Shown here: positions 1-9,523 of the stretch, one piece after another
How the letters are laid out: each line of letters opens with the position of its first letter
Position numbering within the stretch: the first letter of the stretch is position 1
Source: a virus
Taxonomy: Duplodnaviria > Caudoviricetes
DNA length: 64,000 bases
Reading direction: 5' to 3' (one strand)
IMG/VR virus record: IMGVR_UViG_3300015607_004160
Made by a program: the position numbers and the translations under genes
Notes under the pieces: generated by a model
Databases searched by the model: none
Told to the model about the DNA's origin: nothing
The model's input: the letters and a program-made list of their open reading frames with translations, nothing else

Positions 1-656
1 AAAGGAATGAAAGTTCAAATAAAACATTTTTATTAAAATATGGAACACATCCTATGAAAACAGAAGCAACAAAAAATAAATTAAGAAAATCAATTATTGA
101 TAAATATAGTGTAGATAGTCCAATGAAGGTTGAAGAAGTTAAACAGAAAGTTAAAAAGACTAACCTTAAAAAATATGGAGTGGAACACGCAATACAATCT
201 GATATAATAAAAGATAGAGTAAGGAAGGCAAATTTTGAAAAATATGGAGGACACCCAATGCAAAAAGAAGAAAACTTTCTAAATAATTTAAGGTCGAGAG
301 TAAAATTTAAAAATTATACATTACCATCAGGTAAAATAATCAAAATTCAAGGATATGAAAATATAGCCTTGGATATTTTACTCTTGAAATATAAAGAAGA
401 TGATATTTTGTACACAGTCAAGGATATAAATAAGGTCACTGGGGTAATCTATTACATGGATGATAAAAATATCAGAAGAAGATACTACCCAGATTTTTAT
501 ATAAAATCCATAAATAAGATTTATGAGGCTAAATCAATATGGACATATCAGTCTAAAATAGAAAAAAACAAGAAAAAAATGGAAGCCTGTCATAGAATGG
601 GTATGTACTTTGAATTTATAATATGTGACTATAAAGGCAATAGGATTTTTTTATAA
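1..656 (+). CDS. putative homing endonuclease (KYG repeats + PD-(D/E)xK domain), 5' end outside window
   Basis: Frame is open from position 3; repeated KYGxxHP/KYGVEH units; C-terminal YYPDFY...YEAKS nuclease motif. Confidence 0.65.
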   Translation, partial: RNESSNKTFLLKYGTHPMKTEATKNKLRKSIIDKYSVDSPMKVEEVKQKVKKTNLKKYGVEHAIQSDIIKDRVRKANFEKYGGHPMQKEENFLNNLRSRVKFKNYTLPSGKIIKIQGYENIALDILLLKYKEDDILYTVKDINKVTGVIYYMDDKNIRRRYYPDFYIKSINKIYEAKSIWTYQSKIEKNKKKMEACHRMGMYFEFIICDYKGNRIFL

Positions 657-670
657 TTAAATCTTTTTGT

Positions 671-976
671 TTAGATTGCCTCTAGTATCGTATCTAAGTT
701 ATAATCTCTTAGGTTCATTTTCTGAATAGTAGCTTCAATTTTCTTGTGTTTTATTTTGTGTATTTTTATCACTTTGAAAACTGTATACATTGATCGATAG
801 GTTCGTCCATATGTATCATTCATTAAAACTTTGAATACTCTTTGTCCGTTATTTATAAAATTTCTCATTTTACTAACACTTTCAAACTCTATTCCGACTT
901 CGGCTTCCTCACCATCTTCATAGCTTCTGTATCTATCAGAAAAAGATAATTTTAGTTCTACTTGATTGTACATCAT
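671..976 (-). CDS. hypothetical protein with C-terminal RDxK-type motif
   Basis: ORF; ends LRDYNLDTILEAI; ATGA overlap with upstream gene. Confidence 0.7.
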   Translation of the reverse strand: MMYNQVELKLSFSDRYRSYEDGEEAEVGIEFESVSKMRNFINNGQRVFKVLMNDTYGRTYRSMYTVFKVIKIHKIKHKKIEATIQKMNLRDYNLDTILEAI

Positions 977-1398
977 ACTAATTCGCTTAATCTTTTGTCC
1001 CTTATTAATGATAACAATTTTGGATCATTATAGGGTACATTTTCTGTGTGAAAAATAATTTTTGTATTATACCTATCCTTTATTTCACATTCAAGATATA
1101 TAGCATATTCTTTTTTATCTTTTAAATCACCAAATGAAATGAGTGATACTTTATTTGGAAGATTAAGAAATTCACTAAATTCATCATTACCAAGATAAGA
1201 CGATTTAAAATTTTCAATTGTAATAAATAAATTAACGTATTCAGATATTAACGGAAGTTTATCATTCATTTCCGTGGAAAAGGTATCTGATTTTACTACA
1301 CTATGAATCATATACCTTTCGAGACGATAACGCATTTGAATATAAAATCTTCTCCAAAATGAAGGAACTGATTTATCACGCTTTTTAAAAATATTCAT
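973..1398 (-). CDS. hypothetical protein with C-terminal RDxK-type motif
   Basis: ORF; ends IRDKRLSELV. Confidence 0.7.
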   Translation of the reverse strand: MNIFKKRDKSVPSFWRRFYIQMRYRLERYMIHSVVKSDTFSTEMNDKLPLISEYVNLFITIENFKSSYLGNDEFSEFLNLPNKVSLISFGDLKDKKEYAIYLECEIKDRYNTKIIFHTENVPYNDPKLLSLIRDKRLSELV

Positions 1399-1697
1399 AT
1401 TATTTCGTTTATTTTATAATTTCTAACAAAAGGTATCAAAACCGGATTTTTATGAGGGAATTCAGTATCAATCGCCATGTATTTATTATACATACCATCA
1501 GCATAAAGGCAATATCCAAGCGATTCAAAATTTGATGATGGGAACGGGAATAATGGAACTACAAAAAATGTATTAGAAACAATTTTTGATTGATTATTAC
1601 ATATTTCTATAATATCCTCAATATTATCTGTTGATGATAGTAATTTAGAATTGTGTATATTACCTTTATTATCTGATATATCGTAAACCAAATACAT
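1395..1697 (-). CDS. hypothetical protein with C-terminal RDxK-type motif
   Basis: ORF; ends VRNYKINEII. Confidence 0.7.
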   Translation of the reverse strand: MYLVYDISDNKGNIHNSKLLSSTDNIEDIIEICNNQSKIVSNTFFVVPLFPFPSSNFESLGYCLYADGMYNKYMAIDTEFPHKNPVLIPFVRNYKINEII

Positions 1698-2212
1698 TAC
1701 TTAAAAATTTCATATGTATCTAATGGTTGTCTTGGTTCAGAACTTAAAAGTTCAAACCTTTTACAACATTCTAAAATATATTTAGAGTGATCAATGTTCT
1801 TTTCATTGGCGGTACCTAAAGTTAAGTGTAATCCAAAATAAGGATCTCTTGCCAAACCAAGAGCTTCTCTGATATCTTCTGCTTCAGGAGACCATACTCT
1901 CAACCACCAGTGTTGACCATTGGAACGAGGCATATTTTGGTAGTAGAAAGTAATTTCTTTACCATTGAAAACATTAGATGCTTCCATAAATAATTCTCTA
2001 TCCATTCTATCAGAAATGAAGGTAACGTGAGTTCCTCTAAGTGGTTTATTTAAAATCAAGTTAAACCTTGTTTTTAAAAACCAAGCATAGTAATCCGCTA
2101 TGTCGCAATTTGTTTTAATCATTGCGACACATTTCCAAGAGGATTGATTTTTGTGCTTTTTAGTCACATCCTGAGGAGTAAAGTCTAATATGCCTTTTAT
2201 CTTAAATAACAT
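1697..2212 (-). CDS. 2H phosphoesterase superfamily protein
   Basis: Two HxT motifs (THVTF, LHLTL) about 65 aa apart. Confidence 0.7.
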   Translation of the reverse strand: MLFKIKGILDFTPQDVTKKHKNQSSWKCVAMIKTNCDIADYYAWFLKTRFNLILNKPLRGTHVTFISDRMDRELFMEASNVFNGKEITFYYQNMPRSNGQHWWLRVWSPEAEDIREALGLARDPYFGLHLTLGTANEKNIDHSKYILECCKRFELLSSEPRQPLDTYEIFK

Positions 2213-2216
2213 AGTA

Positions 2217-2248
2217 CAAAGATACGATTTTTAGAGGAAATAACCAAA
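2217..2248 (-). promoter_or_regulatory. Bacteroidota sigma70-type promoter
   Basis: Minus strand TTTG-N20-TATCTTTG, 4 nt before the ATG at 2212. Confidence 0.75.
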
Positions 2249-2249
2249 T

Positions 2250-2258
2250 TAATATATA
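2250..2258 (+). promoter_or_regulatory. TAATATATA putative phage late promoter
   Basis: Exact motif 4 nt before ATG 2263; recurs upstream of more than 20 genes. Confidence 0.6.
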
Positions 2259-2262
2259 CACT

Positions 2263-2421
2263 ATGAAAAAGCGTAAAAAATTGGATACCAAGTTGTTAAT
2301 AGAGAAATTTATTAATGATTATTGCAAACAAAAAGGCTGGAATCCAAAAAGTTTGTCTCCCAGCCAATTAATAGAAATTGTTGAACAAAAGGAGTATAAA
2401 ACTCCTAAAAATTATCTTTAA
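2263..2421 (+). CDS. small hypothetical protein (52 aa, not in ORF track)
   Basis: MKKRKKLDTKLLIEKFINDYCKQKGWNPKSLSPSQLIEIVEQKEYKTPKNYL*; fills an intergenic gap behind TAATATATA. Confidence 0.65.
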   Translation: MKKRKKLDTKLLIEKFINDYCKQKGWNPKSLSPSQLIEIVEQKEYKTPKNYL

Positions 2422-3560
2422 GATACAAATACCAAATCGTATTTCAAATGAGCCACCGGAATTGTTCCAAAATGGTCAATAAACTCAACCAAATCACTTC
2501 TGTTACCAACAAATTCATTTGTAGTTTCGCCTAAATCCCTAGCCCAGCAAGATGTACCATCCCAACGTAGTTCATCAATAATACGGCCTTGTTTTTTAAA
2601 CATATCCATTATTAATAGCTTCTCATGGTTAATCCATGTTTGTGAAATATAAGCTTTTGTTCTTATACCATCCCTCAGAACGAATGCGTATAAGTCAGAT
2701 GAATAATCAGCAAATTCACTTGGTTGTCCAGCAGAGCAAATACTCTTATCAATTGGTGAATCATCCCATCCATAGCCATCCCAATCACCCCATCCACAAT
2801 ATCCACCACTACTATACTTAACTGGATCTCTGGTTACTGGAAGCGATTCCCAATCTACTTTTTCAATAGACTTACAAAGTTTATAGAGGTGATCAATATC
2901 TTGTCTTTCCTTATGAGTATGCTCATCATAGTATCCAACAGAAATGTTTGTACATTCTGGAATAATACCCATAAATTGCGCCGAATCAGTTAAAACACCA
3001 GTATCATCGGGTCTCATTTGTAAAAGACCACTTGTATTTAACTGTGAACAAAGTTCTTTAGCAAATTCATCTGAACAGCAAACTCCGTAAAATTGTTCTG
3101 TAATAACCGAATTCGTACTTCGTCTATCAAACGAAACAACTTTTTTAATATTTTTTAGTTCTGCTGGCACATCACCGTCTTTTTCAAGCTCATCAGCTAA
3201 GTCAGAAGAACCTATACAACCAGTTTCTTCACCAATAAAAAAGTAATAAAGTCCAGGAATTTTCTTTTCTATCATATATAAAACAACAACCATACCCGCC
3301 TTATCATCAGCACCTAAAATGGTTGTTCCATCCGTCATTACATAACTACCACAAAATTTGTGAGTAACCTTTTCCATCTTACTACAAGATGTATCTAAGT
3401 GACAGGTAAACATTGTCGTGTAGTTATCACCAACAGAAAGATAATAGTTTCCGAACTTATCCATCTGAGTACCATCAGGCAGGAAAGATTCCAGAAACTT
3501 CTCAGTTCCATAGGGATATGTCATTCTCGTCAATTGTAAAAACTTCTTACGTATCTTCAT
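2418..3560 (-). CDS. M28/M20-family zinc peptidase
   Basis: HLDT, GADDKAG, GEE, SFDRR, TDS and YYDEHT metal-binding motifs. Confidence 0.85.
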   Translation of the reverse strand: MKIRKKFLQLTRMTYPYGTEKFLESFLPDGTQMDKFGNYYLSVGDNYTTMFTCHLDTSCSKMEKVTHKFCGSYVMTDGTTILGADDKAGMVVVLYMIEKKIPGLYYFFIGEETGCIGSSDLADELEKDGDVPAELKNIKKVVSFDRRSTNSVITEQFYGVCCSDEFAKELCSQLNTSGLLQMRPDDTGVLTDSAQFMGIIPECTNISVGYYDEHTHKERQDIDHLYKLCKSIEKVDWESLPVTRDPVKYSSGGYCGWGDWDGYGWDDSPIDKSICSAGQPSEFADYSSDLYAFVLRDGIRTKAYISQTWINHEKLLIMDMFKKQGRIIDELRWDGTSCWARDLGETTNEFVGNRSDLVEFIDHFGTIPVAHLKYDLVFVS

Positions 3561-3578
3561 TTCACACTATTATTTTTA

Positions 3579-3610
3579 CAAATATAAAAATATTTTAATA
3601 AATAACCAAA
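3579..3610 (-). promoter_or_regulatory. Bacteroidota sigma70-type promoter
   Basis: Minus strand TTTG-N20-TATATTTG upstream of 3560. Confidence 0.7.
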
Positions 3611-3673
3611 TTTTATATTTACTTAGAAACAAACAAATTAAAATAGAATATAAACTAAAAATAAACAATTATA

Positions 3674-4420
3674 ATGAGAGTAACATATGTTATCGGATAC
3701 CGTCACAGAATGGATAGAATAATCAATCTAAGGAAGGTATTGGAATGGCTGGCAAGCTTCAATAATGTTGATGTAATCATCGTAGAACAAGATAAATATT
3801 CCAAAATTTCACATCTAAATCTAAGAGCTACTCACGTATTTATAAAAAGTGATAAGCCTTACAATAGATCATGGGCATTTAATGTTGCCTTAAAAAGAAA
3901 TAAAAATCCTGTAATTATTTTCGGAGACTGTGATATCGTTATGGATCCTCAAGAACTCGTTAATTCTATTAACGAATTAAATAACTTCGATGTGGTTAGT
4001 CCATATTCTTCTGTATTAGATTTAACTCCAGAGGAAACCAATTATCCATTTAATATGCTTCCACAAATACAAAGAGCTGGACGTGGTGAAAATGATAATC
4101 AAAAAATTAATCTTTGTGGTGGTATTGTTATTTTCAAAGCTGAATCAATTGTTAAAATTGGTGGATGGAATGAAGACTTCATTGGTTGGGGCGGCGAAGA
4201 TGACTTTCAAACAATTAAAGTTAAGAAATTAGGGTTAACCTACAAAGAAATGCCATATAGATGTTATCATTTTTGGCATAATAGAGATGAGGCTGATATG
4301 TCCAACTATCAAAGAACTATGAATCTATTACAACAAATGTCAACATTAGACGCATCAAAGTTACAAATGCACGTTAATGCTACGGTTGGAAAAATTGGAA
4401 CCCTAAACAAATATGCTTAA
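3674..4420 (+). CDS. glycosyltransferase (GT-A fold, GT2/GT7-like)
   Basis: DxD (DCD), NRSWAFN and GGWNEDFIGWGGEDD motifs. Confidence 0.85.
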   Translation: MRVTYVIGYRHRMDRIINLRKVLEWLASFNNVDVIIVEQDKYSKISHLNLRATHVFIKSDKPYNRSWAFNVALKRNKNPVIIFGDCDIVMDPQELVNSINELNNFDVVSPYSSVLDLTPEETNYPFNMLPQIQRAGRGENDNQKINLCGGIVIFKAESIVKIGGWNEDFIGWGGEDDFQTIKVKKLGLTYKEMPYRCYHFWHNRDEADMSNYQRTMNLLQQMSTLDASKLQMHVNATVGKIGTLNKYA

Positions 4421-4446
4421 TAAGCAATAAAAAAATAGTTTTTATA

Positions 4447-5133
4447 ATGAAAAACAACTACACACACGTTGCTATTTTAATTGACAGATCTGGTTCAATG
4501 AATAGTATCAAATCTGATGTTATTGGTGGTTTTAACCAACTAATTGAGGATCAAAAAAATGTACCAGGTGATTTAACTGTTACTTTAGTTCAATTTGATG
4601 AGAATATGGGATTACAATTTGAAACAATTAATGATTTTTCCCCACTTAATGAGGTTAAGTTATTAAACGAATCTAACTATACCCCAAGAGGATCTACTCC
4701 CCTAAATGATTCATTAGCTAGGTTAATCAATGAGACAGGTGCTAGATTAGCAGCAAAAGATGAATCCGAAAGGCCAGAAAAAGTTCTTATTGTGTCTATT
4801 ACTGATGGGCGTGAAAATGCTTCAAAAGAGCATACAAAACAAAGCGTTAAAACACTTATTGAACATCAAGAAAAGAATTACAATTGGAAGTTTATGTATA
4901 TTGGTGCCAACCAAGATTCATTTGCAGAAGGATCATCTAGGGGTATCGGAGCTTCTTATAACTTTGCAGCAGATTCAAAAGGAACTAAGAAAATGAGTAA
5001 AGTATTCAGCGCTACATTAGCGTCTTATAGAAGTGCTGGTGTTTCTGCAAAAGAGTGTGATTTATCTCAAGTATTAGCTGAAGAGGCTAAAAAAGCTGAC
5101 TTAGAAGAAGCAGCTGAAGATTCTAAAAAATAA
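4447..5133 (+). CDS. von Willebrand factor A domain protein
   Basis: MIDAS DRSGSM, TPLND, ITDGREN. Confidence 0.9.
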   Translation: MKNNYTHVAILIDRSGSMNSIKSDVIGGFNQLIEDQKNVPGDLTVTLVQFDENMGLQFETINDFSPLNEVKLLNESNYTPRGSTPLNDSLARLINETGARLAAKDESERPEKVLIVSITDGRENASKEHTKQSVKTLIEHQEKNYNWKFMYIGANQDSFAEGSSRGIGASYNFAADSKGTKKMSKVFSATLASYRSAGVSAKECDLSQVLAEEAKKADLEEAAEDSKK

Positions 5134-5210
5134 AAAATAGTTGGAAGTATTGATGTGGAATATCTTTCTATATAAAGAATCATATAGTGGTGGAGTAATT
5201 CATTATTACT

Positions 5211-5423
5211 ATGACATATTTAAAGTCGGTGGTTTATTATGCAACGAGTAAACAAGAGGATCCAGACACAAGTAAACAAGGAAAGTTTTTTGATTCAAAT
5301 CTAATTGATATTTTACAAGGATATTTATCAGTATTGAGAAGAGTATCACCATCAAATAATAAAGAATACTTTCGTGTATTATCTTTGTACCGTGATATGC
5401 AAATTGATAGTATAAATAGCTAA
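5211..5423 (+). CDS. hypothetical protein with C-terminal RDxK-type motif
   Basis: ORF; ends YRDMQIDSINS. Confidence 0.6.
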   Translation: MTYLKSVVYYATSKQEDPDTSKQGKFFDSNLIDILQGYLSVLRRVSPSNNKEYFRVLSLYRDMQIDSINS

Positions 5424-5425
5424 TT

Positions 5426-5998
5426 TTATTCCATACAAACTCTAAGTTTGTTATATTTAATTAATAATTTATATAGTCTTTCATATTCCACATCAATATT
5501 TTCAACTACCTTTTCAATCCATTGATCATTATTATAAAATTCAACAATCATTCCCTTTTTCAATTGTTCTTTTCCAGTTAAAAAATGATATCTTTTTTGC
5601 TCTAAGAATGAGAAGGATATTCCATTATATAAGTATGTTTTATTTGTAGTATTAGAATCGTAAATTGCTACACTTAATAGCTTCTCAGATCCATTATTTA
5701 GAATTTTCTTAGCTTGTTCTTCTCCTTTATATTTTGCTATAATAGAATCCTGATCAAACTCTTCCATTAGGAAAAAAGCGTCTTTTCTTAAAATATCGTT
5801 ACCATCACCACAAACAGCTATAAAAGATCTTTCATAACTTCCTTCATAGTGACCAGTTACGGGTAATATTGTATATCCTTTAGAGTAAAGAATATTACAC
5901 AACTTATCACATAAGAACTTATTATCTATTTGCGTATTTGATTCCTTCTCAGGTGAGACTATAATATATGATATATTCCTATCAGTTAAATTGAACAT
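5426..5998 (-). CDS. putative SAM lyase-like (T3 SAMase / DUF3293 fold) protein with C-terminal extension
   Basis: YIIVS..N..L..L, TGHY, E-R-S-F and FDQDSII resemble the T3 SAMase pattern (YVLVS, TGCY, EKT, WEQDCVL); TAATATATA at 6003-6011. Confidence 0.55.
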   Translation of the reverse strand: MFNLTDRNISYIIVSPEKESNTQIDNKFLCDKLCNILYSKGYTILPVTGHYEGSYERSFIAVCGDGNDILRKDAFFLMEEFDQDSIIAKYKGEEQAKKILNNGSEKLLSVAIYDSNTTNKTYLYNGISFSFLEQKRYHFLTGKEQLKKGMIVEFYNNDQWIEKVVENIDVEYERLYKLLIKYNKLRVCME

Positions 5999-6026
5999 AA
6001 ATTATATATTAAATTAATCAACTGAC

Positions 6027-7250
6027 TTAATAATCAAACTCATCTTTTAATAGTGTATTGAATACTATTTCAACTGCTTCCTTGTGTTTTCTAGCACAAA
6101 TAATACTATCATGAACAGTTATCAGTTTAATATTGGGATCTAACTCCATTATCGTCTTAATAATTCTATTAAAGATTAAGTTAGATTCGGCCCTTTGTAG
6201 ATTATAAGACAACATTCTATAATCACCCATTTCTTTTTTATAAGATTTTATAAATGTATGAATAGTCGGAAACAATTTCTTAAATAGATTATCTGCATTA
6301 TTTTTGTAATTACGTCCGAATAAAACCTTATAAACAACCTCTTTAATTTCCTTTCTACTCATTTGTGATCCACAATTATCAAGTAAATATTGATAGAATT
6401 TACCACTAGCAGTTAGTATCCTAAATAATTCCAACTCTTCATCTTTAACGATAAATATATCATTATCTTTAATGAGTTTATATAGAAACAGTGGTTGACT
6501 ATTCGGTATATCTATTTCGCAAGTTTCTTCACCATCTATGAGTAGGCAATTTTTTCGAATAAATGATTTTAAGATGGTAAAGTTTGTATGCATCCTTCCA
6601 TAATCATCAAAGTGATAAAATATGTGATTATCTTTAATGCATTCTACGCTATACTTATTTTTATTATAAATATCATTATCTTGATTTGTACTATCTAAGA
6701 AAAATATAGATTTTACATAATCTATATTAATTGAGAATAGATCATTAACTAATTTCTTTTTTACTTCAGTTAGTATGCCTTTTCCGTAATGAGGGCTATC
6801 AACAATTGAAATAGCATTTCGATATTTCTTTAATAAAACATTATCTTGATTCTTATACCGTTTTATCTCACCTTTTATAATCTTTTCGTTGAGCTTATAT
6901 ATTCGAGAATTTTTACCCTTTTGATGTTTTCTGACAAGAATAATGAATTCATTCTTGACTAGATAATCCATATAGTAATTGTATATGTGGCCATATTTTT
7001 CTTTCAAGATGGTAGCAGATAAATTAAATGAGTTATCTTTTTTAAAATAATATTTTAGTAATAAATTATGTACAATATCTATAATATAGGAGGTTTTTAA
7101 TTCTACTCCGCCATATGATATTTTTTTTACTTTAGACAGTTCTTCAAGTGAGGCTGGTAAAAATTGCAAGCTATGTTTCTTTTTATCAATAGTTCTTAAA
7201 TAGTCTTTCTCTTTAAATTCGACAACTTTATTCATAGAAATTATACTCAT
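6027..7250 (-). CDS. PolA/T7-polymerase-like palm domain protein
   Basis: GRMHT, motif A-like EIDIPNSQP, LQRAES, motif C-like TVHDSI; no exonuclease domain. Confidence 0.55.
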   Translation of the reverse strand: MSIISMNKVVEFKEKDYLRTIDKKKHSLQFLPASLEELSKVKKISYGGVELKTSYIIDIVHNLLLKYYFKKDNSFNLSATILKEKYGHIYNYYMDYLVKNEFIILVRKHQKGKNSRIYKLNEKIIKGEIKRYKNQDNVLLKKYRNAISIVDSPHYGKGILTEVKKKLVNDLFSINIDYVKSIFFLDSTNQDNDIYNKNKYSVECIKDNHIFYHFDDYGRMHTNFTILKSFIRKNCLLIDGEETCEIDIPNSQPLFLYKLIKDNDIFIVKDEELELFRILTASGKFYQYLLDNCGSQMSRKEIKEVVYKVLFGRNYKNNADNLFKKLFPTIHTFIKSYKKEMGDYRMLSYNLQRAESNLIFNRIIKTIMELDPNIKLITVHDSIICARKHKEAVEIVFNTLLKDEFDY

Positions 7251-7290
7251 GAGTATATGTTTGTTTATGAAAAAACTTTATTTTTACCGA

Positions 7291-7836
7291 TTAAAATATC
7301 CTAATAGGAGCAGATCTATTATTGCTAGACGGCCTATTGTTATTGTTAGCTGGCCTATTGTTAGCTGGCCTATTGTTATTGTTAGCTGGCCTATAAGTAT
7401 TAAGATTAACTACTCTTGGTGTATTAACTCTTCGATTATTATTACTACTATATTGTGCTCTGTAATATGTATAGACAGGACGATATGAGAGGTATGGATT
7501 ATACCAATTATGATGATACAAATTATTATAATTTAAATATCTCCAATTGTAAGTATATCCAAAAGTAATATATCCTCGATTAGTATATCTATTCTGATAA
7601 TACCAGTCATCATAGTCAAGTAGTCTGAATCTATAATCATACATCTGATGTCTTAAACGTATATCTTCAATTGTATAGTTATTTGTAGTCTGCTGAACAT
7701 ATCTATTCAATTGTGGAGAATAGTACATATCATCAGGTGTTTGTCCAGTTTTATAAATTGTGCAAGATGTAAGACTAAAAATTGTAATTAAAACTAATGT
7801 TAGCTTACTTAGTAGGTTGAATGTTATTTTTTTCAT
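7291..7836 (-). CDS. putative lipoprotein with Tyr/Asn-rich low-complexity tail
   Basis: Likely start MKKITF; hydrophobic stretch and LTSC lipobox; NNRPAN repeats. Confidence 0.7.
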   Translation of the reverse strand: MKKITFNLLSKLTLVLITIFSLTSCTIYKTGQTPDDMYYSPQLNRYVQQTTNNYTIEDIRLRHQMYDYRFRLLDYDDWYYQNRYTNRGYITFGYTYNWRYLNYNNLYHHNWYNPYLSYRPVYTYYRAQYSSNNNRRVNTPRVVNLNTYRPANNNNRPANNRPANNNNRPSSNNRSAPIRIF

Positions 7837-9136
7837 CTGATATAACTGATTTTTTGGAGCCTTTTTTGCCTTTTTTCTGTTCACCACCAGATTCTATTTC
7901 ATCCCATACACTAGGGTAAACTTGACCCTCACCGTCTTTATCATATTTAATATCAAACCATTGTGAGAAGTCAACTAATCCTTTTTTAACAAATTCGGTT
8001 TCACTTTTTTTGTTAAGATACTCATCAATTTTCTTACTAATAAAATCAACAAATCTATTAAAAATGTTAATTGTATTTTCTGTAAATACCCCTATTGGTT
8101 TTTTTCGTTTCTTATTAAATGATCCTAGAATCACTTTTAAAATATATTCTAATTTTCTATTTTCTTCAATATACTCTTTTGTTAATTTATTGTCTATTAA
8201 TTCAGTATTAATTCTAAATTTATCCTTATCAAAAAATTCTGGAACTACAAAATCAAAATTTAATAAGTCTTCTTTTACTTCAGATACATACATATTATAT
8301 AATTTACACATTAGGTAAATATAAACTTCTTCTCTTCTGCCACCTTTTAATTTAATTGAATTAAAATCAATAGATTGGCAGAAATTAAGAAAATTCACTA
8401 ATATAAGACTATAAACTTCTACAAATTCTGTAGAATTGGAACTACTAATTCTTTTATATAAGGGATTTAATAATTCAAATGATACATCTTTACCATTGAC
8501 ACGAATAATAAGTTTTTCAATGTTTTTTTGAAAATCATCATTCATTAAAAAAGAATTATTTATTTGTGGGTTTAAAATCTTATAGAAGAAAAATGTAAAT
8601 GATTTATCTCCAAAAACATATTCCAAATCTGAATCTGAGGTGTTTAAAAAATACTTAATTGCCTCAGCTGCTTTTTCACTTAATTTACCTTTAAATACAA
8701 CAGGTATAGAATCCACATCAAATAAACGAGCATATTCCTCTATTTCATCAATAGTATAGGTGAATTTGCTTCCTTTGGCAATGGATACCAATACCAAATT
8801 ATTTTTCGGAACTCTATTATATTCAATATTAGCTGGCTGGTTATCTGCAAAATATTCAAAGCAAAACCACCATCCTCTATTTAGTAATCCTTTAACCCTA
8901 TTATCAAGTGAATTAAAATAGTTAATTGCGTGATTATAATAGTTTTGCATAGCTAAATCTATCATGTTAATAGGATCAGAAGATAGTGATTTTGATTTTA
9001 TTATAAACTCTCTTCCATTCCAGTTAACGTAGATTTTGCTTCCTTGAACATCTTCAAATATGACTATTTCGTTATCAAATAATTCATTGAGTAATTGTTC
9101 ATCCGTCATTTCGTTTAATGTTATTAACTTTGACAT
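7805..9136 (-). CDS. RNA-ligase-like fold protein, catalytically degenerate
   Basis: Ligase motif order kept (EDVQGS, CFEYF, EKLIIR, FELLNP) but motif I and V lysines are missing; TAATATATA at 9144-9152. Confidence 0.5.
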   Translation of the reverse strand: MSKLITLNEMTDEQLLNELFDNEIVIFEDVQGSKIYVNWNGREFIIKSKSLSSDPINMIDLAMQNYYNHAINYFNSLDNRVKGLLNRGWWFCFEYFADNQPANIEYNRVPKNNLVLVSIAKGSKFTYTIDEIEEYARLFDVDSIPVVFKGKLSEKAAEAIKYFLNTSDSDLEYVFGDKSFTFFFYKILNPQINNSFLMNDDFQKNIEKLIIRVNGKDVSFELLNPLYKRISSSNSTEFVEVYSLILVNFLNFCQSIDFNSIKLKGGRREEVYIYLMCKLYNMYVSEVKEDLLNFDFVVPEFFDKDKFRINTELIDNKLTKEYIEENRKLEYILKVILGSFNKKRKKPIGVFTENTINIFNRFVDFISKKIDEYLNKKSETEFVKKGLVDFSQWFDIKYDKDGEGQVYPSVWDEIESGGEQKKGKKGSKKSVISDEKNNIQPTK

Positions 9137-9187
9137 ATTAAGTTATATATTAAAATTTTACTACTTGTTTATTTTAATATATAATTT

Positions 9188-9523
9188 ATGAATAAAATCA
9201 AAAAGTACGACGAATTATCCTCAGATATTGAGAATAAAGACTTAGATCCAGAAATACAAAAACTTAAAGGTGAGTATCAAATCGAAGAAATCTTAGATAT
9301 ATTTACCGACCCGAAAGATATACCTGTTACTGAAGGTGCTATTGGCATAAATACGGATTTATCAGTCAAAGAGGTTAAAAGAGGTGATTATATTTGGATA
9401 ACAGCTTTACTTAGAAAGCAAGGGCATAGCTTTACATCACCTGCCGTACAAGGTGTTATTAAATTAAGAGTTGTTGATATATTCTATGGATTGCAATACC
9501 TAAATAAAGTTATAAATAAATGA
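9188..9523 (+). CDS. hypothetical protein, CTS-like N-terminus
   Basis: MNKIKKYDEL; TAATATATA at 9175-9183. Confidence 0.75.
   Translation: MNKIKKYDELSSDIENKDLDPEIQKLKGEYQIEEILDIFTDPKDIPVTEGAIGINTDLSVKEVKRGDYIWITALLRKQGHSFTSPAVQGVIKLRVVDIFYGLQYLNKVINK

Noticed and set aside
7249-7488. ORF with repeated IVSWP
   Set aside because: Antisense reading of the NNRPAN repeats of the lipoprotein.
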